Positions 18,900 through 28,997 of a stretch of DNA of 64,000 bases are shown here, piece by piece (positions within the stretch are counted from its first letter, which is position 1; each line of letters opens with the position of its first letter). The notes beneath the pieces were generated by a model. It saw only the letters and a list, made by a program, of their open reading frames with translations. It searched no databases and was not told the DNA's origin. Where the stretch lies: the NCBI RefSeq assembly GCF_009914755.1, contig NC_060944.1; one strand, 5' to 3'. Position numbers and translations under genes: made by a program. Source of the stretch: the human T2T-CHM13v2.0 reference genome, Homo sapiens.

Positions 18900-19570
18900 A
18901 CAAAACAAAAAAGTATTACAATAGGAATATTTTATGTCCACAAAAAAGTCTAGAGAACAACATGACAAACACCCATGTGCTCACCACCCCGGCTTAAGAC
19001 ATAAACCACTTCAAGTATATTTAAAGCCCTTACTACAACATTCCCTTCCCTCTCTCCCTCACGGTCACTACTCTCTTGAATTTGCTGTCTATCACTCCCA
19101 TGCATGCTTTTACACTTGTATTACATATGTATGTGTCGCTAAACAATATATGGTATTGTGTTGTGTGTTTTCAAACTTTATGTATCTGGCATGAAATTAT
19201 GTTTTCCATCTGCAACTTGCTTTTTCCATCCAACAATATATATTTTTATTTTAAAAATTGTATTGAAGTATAGCATTCATACAAAGAGCACACAAATTGT
19301 AAGTGTACAACCCTGGATTTTCACAAACTGAATCAACAGTGTGTTTTTGAGATTCAGCCTCACAATGCATAAGCTTGCAATCACCTATTTTGAGGATTGT
19401 GGATCACAGACAGTTTTCCATTGTCTGAATGTGTTGCTATTTATCCAGTTTCCAAATGATGGACATTTAGGCTGTGTCCAGCTTTTCACTATTACAAACG
19501 ATGCTGCTATGAGCATCCTTGTGCAAGCCTCCCGGGCCCCCATGTGAGGTGTTCTCGAGGGCAAAGCCTG
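18900..19570 (-). mobile_element. Old L1 (L1ME-like) 3' fragments
   Basis: ORF 19385-19750 contains the L1 ORF2 C-terminal relic CTRMLIAASFVIVKSWTQPKCPS. Confidence 0.7.
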
Positions 19571-21048
19571 CTCATCTTCAACCTGATCATATATATACCG
19601 CCAGGTCGCTGTCCAGCCCCTGGCTCTCGCTGGCTCCCAGCTCATTCGCCAAGATCTTCCCACTGCTCCAGGGAGCCCACTCTCCTCCTTGCTGACACCC
19701 TGCCCAAACATGCCACCTCTTTGCCTGCTGCATGCAGGTGTTAAACTCACCTTTCCATCCAGGCTTTACTGAAGCCCTGCCTCTTCCAGGAAGCCCTCTT
19801 GGGCAGCGCTGGGCCTCAGGGTGTCATCTCCTCTGAGTGACCTCCTCTCACCCCAGTTGTTAGAGCCAGAGAAGATAGAGACAAACCCAGACCAGACACT
19901 GGGGAAAGGGGAATGTGTTCTGGAGAAAGGAAATATGGGTAGACTAGTAGGGAGTGTGAGAAGCTGGGGTACGAAACAGATTGCTCTGGGCCTTGATGGA
20001 TGAGTAGGAGTTTGTCAGGTAGAGAGGTGGGAGGGCATGGCAGGCACAGGGAAAGGCAGAGGCTGGGCACTGAAACAGTCATCACTGGGTTGGGGATGTG
20101 AGCAGGGTGGGTGGGTGGTGGAGGAGACTGGAACAGGGCTGTGAGGAGCCTTGCAGGCCACCCTTTCACGCCATTCTGACCCTTCTGCATTCAGAGGCAT
20201 TCTCTGGAGATGGCTGTGTGTGGGAGCCAGAGAAGGCAGGCACATTCATTTGACACCTACTGAATGCCAGGCACCGGTAAAGAGCTCATACCCATGATCT
20301 CTTTGGTTTCTCACCCAAGTTGGGGATAGAGACTCGTGGTGTCCCCATTTTACAGGTGGAGGAATGGGGCTCAGAGAGGGACAGTCTTTTGTCTGTAACC
20401 ACAGAGCCAGGAGAGGCAGGGCTGGTACGCAGTTCAGGTTCATCCCACTCCAGAGACTGCATTTAACCCCCGTTCAGCCAGAGGCTAGAAGACACCTGGG
20501 AGAGGGTTCTGCGGAAGCAGGTCACCGGGAGGGGGCACCCATTCCTAGAGGCAGGAGCCCCAAGTTCTCGGGGGTGGGGTGGTTCCTGACTGGCGCGGTG
20601 TGACCCGGGCCAGTCTCGTTCTCTCTGGGCCTCAGTTTCCCTCCTCCACGGGGCGGCGATGGTCAACACAGGTTCCTGCCGGCCCGCCCCGTAGCCTGGG
20701 GTTCCAGGCTCCCGTGCCACCGCGGCCCGCGCTGTGTGACCTTGTTCCAGTAGCCTGCCCTCTCTGGACTGGCGGCCCCGGATTTCCAAGCGCTCTTCCG
20801 GATCGCGACAGAGCGGTCGCCCGCTGCGGAGACCCTCCCCCTTCCCCCGGGTTGCGGGGGCGTGGGTGGGGGTGGGGCGCCAGGAACGGCGCGGGCCCCC
20901 CCAAGGCCCCCCCAGCCCCGCGCCCGCGGCCCGATCCGCGCCTGGTTTTGGGCGCAGCCGCACGGCCCCCTCCCCCGCGCTCCTCTCCCCTCTCCCCGCC
21001 CCCTCCCCGCCGCTCTCGGGGAGCCGGGGCCGCACGGCTCCTCCTCCC

Positions 21049-21222
21049 GCAGCCGCATCTGGGGCGCCGCGCCGGCCGGAGGAGAGGCATGGGGCGCCCG
21101 CGGGCCGGAGCCGGGGCGGGGGCCGGGGCCTAGGCGCGCGGACCTGCGAGCGGACCCGAGAGGCGGCGGCGGCGCAGCGGAACGGCAGAGCGGGCCGGAG
21201 GCGGCCGAGGCGCCCGGCGCAG
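21049..21222 (+). other. Putative non-coding first exon (start approximate)
   Basis: Strong donor GCGCAG|GTGAGG at 21222/21223 in the core of the CpG island, preceded by a GGC-repeat 5'UTR-like stretch; no ATG-initiated ORF runs through the donor. Confidence 0.7.
21089..21133 (+). other. Candidate uORF MGRPRAGAGAGAGA* (14 aa)
   Basis: gaGgcATGG strong Kozak context, TAG at 21131-21133; real only if the TSS lies upstream of 21089. Confidence 0.4.
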
Positions 21223-22104
21223 GTGAGGGCGCGGGGGTGGCGCGCGGCGGCTCCTACCCCCTTCCCGGGCCGGCGCGCTCCGTCCCTCGGCTAGACCCCC
21301 CGATCTGGTCTCCTCCCCGACAGACCTCCCTGAACCGGGGGACGGCGCTGGCGCAGAAAAGCCCCCTCCCCTGCCAGTTCTGTCTTCCGATCCCGGGTCC
21401 GAGGGGCCGGCTGTGCGGCTGGGAAGCGCCTTCTCCGGTTGGGATCGCCCCATCCATGTCTCCCCGGACCCTCAAATCGGGGGCGGCGGCACCGGGGCCC
21501 GGAACCCCTGTCCGGGACCGGATCCCCATTCCGGCTCTTTTTCCCGCGGACTCCCCCGTACCCCATATCAAGCGGCTGCCAAAGCCTGGAAGCCCCCTCC
21601 TCAGGCCCGCCCCCTAATCCGCAGGGCGGCCTGGGGGTCAGGCGGACCCCTCCCGTGCCCGGCCAACCTTGGCGCTTGGGAGAGCAGGGCTATGCCGGCC
21701 CGGGCATTCCTCCATTCAACCCAGCTGCCTCGGATCCCGTCTCGGTAGACCCGGGAGCCGCCGGCTCCCCCCTTCCCGAGCTCTTTCCCTGACCTGGCAT
21801 CTGGGGAGGGGGCGGGGGCAGCACCCCCCTCCCGCGCTGCATAGCGCCCCCTCCCTGTTTGCGTCCCTGGGAGGGGCTGGGCTGACCCGGGCACCTGGGC
21901 TGGGGGGGCACTCACATGGCTACCGGAGGCCCCCACGTGCGGCGCCCCGCGGAGACAGGGGTTCGCGTTCAGAGCTGGTGGCGGATGGACCAGGTGGCCG
22001 CGGGGACCAGCTGGGTCCAGATGTGCTGGGCCTGCTGGAAGGGGACAGGTGCTACCTGGACGTGTAATGGCCCTTGGTCTCTTTTGGCCGAACCTGCCGC
22101 TCCG

Positions 22105-22154
22105 ATCCCCCTCCATCCCTTCATCCCTCCATCCCTCCATCCCTCCATCCCTCC
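22105..22154. repeat. (CCATCCCT)n 8-bp tandem repeat, ~5-6 units
   Basis: ctccatcccttcatccctccatccctccatccctccatccctcc. Confidence 0.85.
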
Positions 22155-24761
22155 GGCCCTTCTCCCCTTCTTCCTCCGCTGCCTGTGTTGCAGAGAGGGG
22201 CTGTCAGAGACTGTTGATGTGGGAAAAAATGAAATGGGGGAGGGGTTGTGATTGGCAAAGGCCAGTTGTGCCGGGAGCGGTGGGTAGAGGAGGTGCCCTG
22301 AGAATGGGAAGCCCTAAGCTTGGAGGGCAGCGCTGATGGGGAGAGGGTTCCTGGCACCCCCACCTGCCTGGAAGTGGAAATGACATAGCGGGAGGGGGCT
22401 GCAGTTCCAGCCCCCGGGGGACTGGCCTGCCCTGCCTCTACCTCCACTGCACCTCCTCTCCAAGCCTAGTCCCCAGTAGGGAGGGGGGAGTCCTGGCTCT
22501 CTCTGCCTCTGAGCCCTCACTTGTGGGAGGGGGCTGTTTTCCGCCAGCTGGAAGTGGTGGGAATCAGTTGTACAGGACCATCTCCTAGAATGCCTGTTGG
22601 AAGAGCCCTGTTTCTGTCCCTCCTTGGTGGCCACCTCTCTCTTGCCTTCTCTGCCAGAGGGCACTGGGCTGCCTGGTCCCAGGGTGGGGCTGCAGAGCTG
22701 GTGCCCTGGCCTGGCCGATGGGTGGCTGGAGTGTTGGAGCCACCACCAGGCCCTAGAGCCGGCTGTCGGGGCCAGTCAGCAGCAGACTCCGAGTGTGTTC
22801 CCAGCAGCTCCGGAGACGCTGGCTGTGCACGTGGGGCTGGCTAGAGTGCCTGTCTCCCGCTGTGGCAGGGGTAGGCCAGGGATCCTGTGTCCTCCAGGAG
22901 CTGGGACAGCGCAACTCAACTTCTGGGAGTGTGCCCGTGTGTGGTGTCCATGGCGACCCCGTACTCACCTGCCAGAGGCCTGGTGAGGCCTGTGCTGGGC
23001 GCTGGGGAGTGCAATGGCTGACAGGGTCCCCACCTCCAGGAGCCTCTTTTTTGTTGGGGGAGGCAGCCTGTGTCAGGCATTGGAGACAGTGTCCATGCTG
23101 AAGAGAAACTGTGAGCTGGACGGGACCTGATGGCTGGGTTATGTGGAACCCCGGGTGCCAGCCTTGAGATGGAACTGCAGGTCTGAGGGCTGTGCCCCGG
23201 GCGTGAAGCTGCCTGGCAGCTGAGTTGGTGTTTTTGAAGGAAGGCTGTGCAGCACTTGGGAACTAGGAGAGAATGTGTGCTTTGGAGCTTTCGGGAGACG
23301 CTGACGTATCGGATGTATCGGGGCACCCACTGACATCTCATTAGGTTCTTGTGTGGTTTGTGAGCCACAGGCTTCGTAAATGCCAGCAGTTTCACATGAT
23401 GGGGAGGCTCTGAGGAACTGTATCCCGGGCACCGTATGTGACAGAAGCAGGTGGTCCCTACCCTCCTATACTTCCGTGATGGGTATTCATTCATTCAGAA
23501 AAGCATTAGAAAATCGCATTTGCTAACATCAGTGCATTTGAACACTTTCATTTAAACATTCTGAAATGTGAATTAATAAAATCTTGAATGCAGGGTTTTT
23601 TTTTATAGAAAGTACACAGTAGGTACTCAATAAATGTCATGGCTCCCAGGATGAAACCCAACCTCCCCCTCCCCCAACTAGCTACTTTCTAGCCACCTCT
23701 TGCTCCCCACCCCCTCCCTCTTTGGCTCGGGTCCCCCTGGCGGGCCTTCAGTTCCTGGAACAGGCCACGTTCCCTCCAGCTTCAGGGTCTTCACACATGC
23801 TGGCTCCTCTGCCTGAACATCCCCAGCCCCCTTCTCCCACGTGCCTGTTTCACTACTGCTCATCACCCAAGCTTAAGCATCGCTTCCAAAAGAAAGCCTT
23901 CCTCGATGCCCAGGCCAGGCTGTGTCACTGTCACCACCCGCCCAGCCCCGTGGGCCTCTGCTTCATTACCCCGTGCCCATCCTTCTTGGATGTCTCTGGG
24001 TGTGGCTGGTGTGGAGAAGGGCAGGGTCGTGCCTGTCTCTTCACGCCATTCCTCTGGTGCTGAGAAGATGTCTTGGCTCAACGTGTGCACTCATCCATTT
24101 CTTTTGACTTTTGACGACCTGGTCCATTCTGAGTGGAGGGCTGGGCTCTGGGGAATGGGGGGAGACTTGGCCAGGCCATTGCCAACATGACTGTCCATGT
24201 GCGTTCCTGGCCTCCAGCTGGGTCTGCATACCCAGAGGCATTTAGCCAGGATCTGTGGGAGTTACAGGCCTGTAGCCCCTAAAGTCCCAGCAGGTCTGTG
24301 GGACCCCAAAGTCTCTACAAGAGGGAGAGGGGCCATGCTGGGGCAGACCTGGCATCTTTAGAGGTGTGCCCCTGGCCAGGCATTTCCCCCTGTGGCCATT
24401 CATTTGCTCACATCATCACCTGTTTACCTGTTCAGCCCTTCCTTCACTCGCCAGGTCACTGGCCTGTTCACTCTTCCATTTCCTAGTCCTCTGTCCGTTC
24501 TTTGGGCTACTAGTGCTTCCTGAGGCCCACTCAGTGTCCAGCCCTGTGCCAGGCTTGGGGACACAGAGTCAAACCTGTGAGGACCCCACTCTGTAAACTG
24601 TAGCCATCCTGCCAGGTGCTTCCTAGTGATGGAGACTGGTGCTGTCCAACCACTGGAAGTGCTTCATAAAGGACATGCGCTGAGCAGGGTTTTGGAGGAT
24701 TTGGGGATTTGGGTAGATGGAGAATAGTGGGGAAGGACACTGCTGGCTGCAAGAACTGCAT

Positions 24762-24925
24762 GGACAAGCACAGTGGCCCATGCTTGTAATCCCAGCACTT
24801 TGGGAGGCCAAGGTGGGAGGATTCCTTGAGTCCAGGAGTTTGAGACTAGTCTAGGCAACATAGTGAGACCCTGTCTCTACAAAAAAAAAAAAAGAAAGAA
24901 AGAAAGAAAGAAAGAAAGAAAAGAA
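24762..24925 (+). mobile_element. FLAM (free left Alu monomer) with (GAAA)n tail
   Basis: Single left monomer; TSD aagaa(c/t)tgcatgga at 24751 and 24926. Confidence 0.9.
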
Positions 24926-27010
24926 AAGAATTGCATGGATAAAGGCAGGAAGGCAGCCACATGCTGGTTGAGCTTGGGGATGCTGAGGGTTATGTGTCCT
25001 TCTAAGAGGAGGTGGCCACTCCTGAGTGGGCCACAGGGAGGCTGGTGGTGGAGGGAGTAGGGTGCAGTCATGGTCGGCATCCACTCTTCTAGGAGCCCTG
25101 TTGCGAATTTGCTGTGTTTCTTTGGATGAGGCGTGTCCCCTCTCTGGGCTCCCTTGATAAAGTGAAGACTTGGACCTGATGATCTCTGAGGGACCTTCTG
25201 CCTTCCACTGTCCGAAGTCTGTGATCCTGGGAGCCCTGCATCTTGGGGCATCTGGTGGGCTGTCCTCCCATTTTCTGGACAAGGAAACTGAGCATTAGTT
25301 TAGTTTATTAGTAAGGTCTCCAAGGCTGCACAGCTGGTGAGGTGGAGGTGCCAGGGTTTGGATCCAGAGCAAGCCACTGGGTTTGCTGTAGTGGCTTTGA
25401 AGGACAGCTTTTGTGTGTAAGCTCCCAGGGCTGGCATCAGCGTGGGGCTGGCGAGGCTTGGCAGTTTCTTCTAACAGATGACCCTGTTGGTTAAGGGAGT
25501 GAGGGTGCTGGAGAGCAAACTCACTGGGCATCTTTGAGAAAAGCTGTCACCGAGGAGTCCTGTGTGTTGCACCAAAGACAAGCCCACTTCCTACTTTATC
25601 GGAATATGGGGGGATGCTTTGTGACTCACATGACTAGATTTTCTTTCATTGTGACCTATGGGGGAGAGGGTTGCCTGTTCTGTTCCTATATCCCCTCCAC
25701 AGCGTCTCCTGGCAACTCCTCCAGGCCAGGACTGAAGCCTTTAGGGGTGTGCAGCACGTGCAGTACTCTACAGTTTGCAGAACCCATTTCATCCCCCCAT
25801 CTTCTAGCCACAGCCAGGGTTAGGAATGAAAAGGGATATTGTCTGCATTTGACAGATGAGGAAACTGAGGCTCAGAGTGGTTGGGTGGCTGCCCAAGGTC
25901 ACTCGGAGGGTGGGGGGGGTGGACCCTCAGCCGAGGCGCCCCTCTCACTGGGTCCTTGCAGGGAGGGCAGCGTTTAGGGGCTTCTCACTTGCAGATCACA
26001 CATTATTTCCTGAGCCGAGGAGTGGGGCCCAGGATCCTTCTGTGCTGGGTTTCGCAACGCCGCCTCCTCCCTACCGAGCTGTCTGACGTGGCCTTTTCAA
26101 AAACCCAAAATGAATGGAAGCACATTTTGTTTGGAGAATTTTGCTACACCCCTCACCAGGGCTGGTTGCAAAACCAGGCTTGGGGATCCCTACTGATGTT
26201 GACGATGATAATAATAATAATAACTGTATCACTGGCTAGCATTTCTTTTCATTCATTCATTCCTTCAACAAAGCATTTTAGACCATCTCCCAGGCCATGT
26301 GCACTGCTCAGCCCTCTGTTAGTGAGCACCGATGTCCGGACTCTCTTTCAGCCTCCCTCACACCCTATTATGATTATCACCCCCATTTTATGGAAGAGGA
26401 AACTGGGGCACAGAGAGCCAATGCTGCACAGCCGGTGAAGTGGAGGTGCCAGGGTTTGGACGAAAGGCTCCCTCCCCATGACAGAGGCTGGAAGACAGAG
26501 GCCGGGCTTTGGACGTAAGTCAGTTAGAGTTTAGAGGCTGGTCTTAGCCCCATGTTCTGGGGATTCTGAAGTTCCCGTTTGTTCCACAGCAAGCGTTGGG
26601 TGGGGAGGGAATCAAGTGGAGCAGACCCAGTTCCTGGCTTTGGGGAACCTGAACAGATGCGCTGGGGGCAGAGCTGGGTCTGGTCTGGAGAGCAGCCTTG
26701 GGACCACCCTTGGACTCAGTGGCTGCTCTGCTGTCAGTGGCCACACCTCCCCCAGCCCCGCCAGAGGCCCCATCTGAACTGTGAGGTTCACGGGTACCAA
26801 GGGATGGGCATCAGAGGAGAACTGTGGCCTCTCTCCCGGCTCCGCTGTGCTTCCCCAGCATGCAATTCTGGTTAAGCCAGCTCATCTCTCAGGCTTCTCA
26901 CGGGGCACGTGGAGTGATATGGAGTGACCATGACCGGCAGTCCATTGGTGAGGAAGAACAAGATATTTGGCTCCTGGGACCGTTCATGGAAAAGGTAGAG
27001 CCCTCAATAT

Positions 27011-27079
27011 GCACATGCACACGCACACACACACATGCACGCGCGAACACACGCACACACACACACATACACACACACA
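27011..27079. repeat. Imperfect (CA)n / alternating purine-pyrimidine tract
   Basis: gcacatgcacacgcacacacacacatgcacgcgcg...acacacag. Confidence 0.9.
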
Positions 27080-28997
27080 GTGCAGCCGCCCCCCGGCTGC
27101 AGTCACATTTGCGCTCCTCTTAGGTGAGAGAAGGGCTGCGCAGGTCACCCACCTCTGGGAGTCTGCTTCAAAAGTGGCTAATGGAACATTTGGTGCATGA
27201 GGGGGTCATCTTTAGAAAGCATAAGATGTGGGCAGGTTCTGTCTTTGATGATGTGGAAATGGGGCAGGCATCCTGGTGTTTAAATGGAGCAAAAGACTTA
27301 TTGAGGCACTTATGGAGCGCCTGCTGTGTACCTAGCACTGCACTGGGACTCAAGATGGGGGATTAGAACAACGCCCTGAAGAGGTGCTGTGCTGGTGGGG
27401 GCAGTGGGACTCTGCACCCCGGGTGCTGGGCTAGGAGTGAGCACTCGGCCTCTGGGTTCAGGTGTTTTTCTTCCTGCAGTGACAGATAAGCCTGCGGGGG
27501 CAGACAGAGGTGGGTCCGGGAGGCTTTCTGTTGCAGCTGCCAGGACATGGGTGCTGGGTATCTGGGGGTTTGTAGTAAGAGGAACGAGCAGGTTTGCTAC
27601 TGCTGTGTGTCCCTAACTGATTGCCTGCACCTCTCTGGGCCTCCATCTACTTGGTGGGAGTAGAGGTGGGAGTTTGGTTTCTGAGTCTTTCCCGGCTTAG
27701 CCTTCTGTGACTTCAGGGATGAAACGAGCTGGGCTTCCCTCTGAGCGGTGTCAGGGAGTCCTCACTGCCCTCACCCCTGACCTGCCGCCTGGCTTCTCCA
27801 CTGCCCTCTATCTTCCAGCTCCTGTCATGGGGAGGGAGCCTTTCCTTCCCCCACTGCAGGCTGACTGCGTGCAGTGACGCAGCACCCGAGGACTCTGGAG
27901 TGCAGCTTGTAAACGGGAATCTGGGTTTGCTAGAGACAGGGGGAAAGGTTCTTCCCACCACCCCCAGCTGCCTGCCTGCCTTTCTCCCTCCGTGGCTGCC
28001 ACTAAGCCCTGGCACCTCCTCAGCTCTGCCAGATCCACTCAGGGAGTGGGAGGCTCAGGACTGGAGGTTCAGCTGAACAGGGCCCAAGTTGGAGTCTCAG
28101 CATGCCAAGGCCTTGCTGTGTGACCCTGGCATGCTTGCCTGCCTTTTCTGAACAGTGTGTACTGTGAGGGCTGGGCTGTGAGATTCTGGGGCTGACCAGG
28201 CAGCTTTGCAGTGACAGCTCTGGGGTGGGGGGGGGTCACCTGCAATTGGAGAGGAGCTCCTGGCTGGACTTGGCCTGCTGCTGGGGGGGCAGGGCCGTGG
28301 TCCAGAGACTGCTGGGTTGGAGATAGAGTCAGGGCTCTCTGCCGCCTGTGTTTTCCATGGGCACACCCTGCAGCTGAGGGAGCAAGGTGCTGTGGTCATC
28401 CGTTTTACATCTGGGGAAACTGAGGCTGCACAGCTGGTGGGTAGTAGAGCTAGGATTTGAACCCAGGTGTGTGTGATTCATGCACCCAGGTGAGAAGGTA
28501 GACCCCAGGCAAGAGGCCAGCTGGGCAACTGTGCACCTCCCTGTGCCCTCTCTGGGTCTCAGTTACCCCATCGGAACAGCAAGAGTCAGGAGGTGATGTT
28601 GGGGTTGCCTTACCCTTCTCTGAGCCCCACCTGGTACTGCTGGAATTTTCTGAGCTTCCCCACCTGACCTACAGCTCCTATCCTCAAAGTGAGTGTGGCG
28701 GCAGGTGAAGGGGTGTCGGCATCTGACACTTCCTCAGGGACCTGCCACCTCGGGGTGTGAGGGATTCCTGGAGGACTGGGAGTGCACAAGGCCTTCCAGG
28801 GACAGCGTGCTGGGAGCAGAAGCGCGTGCAGAGGCGGGTGGCTCTGGGCGGCCTGGGGGTGTCGACTAGACCTGGGGCCAGGCCCACCTCTGCCCATCTA
28901 TGCATCCAACCCTCATAGATCTGGTTCACAGGGGACTCTGGGAGAGTGCAGGCGGGGACAAGGAGGGAGGGCTGGCCTCGGGGTCCTTCCCACTCCC

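Larger units (their letters stand above)
20640..21990. promoter_or_regulatory. CpG island / TATA-less GC-box promoter
   Basis: Very high GC and CpG density against CpG-poor flanks; GC boxes ccccgccccc (~20994) and ggggcgggg (~21113, ~21809); no TATA box. Confidence 0.92.

Noticed and set aside
21840-21860. CTCF-like motif (agcgccccctccctg); also scattered REST half-sites elsewhere
   Set aside because: Only partial matches in GC-rich context; I found no full RE1 by eye.
20463-22251. Many overlapping 100-250 aa Pro/Gly/Arg ORFs
   Set aside because: GC-rich CpG island lacks stop codons; present in all frames with no recognisable domain.
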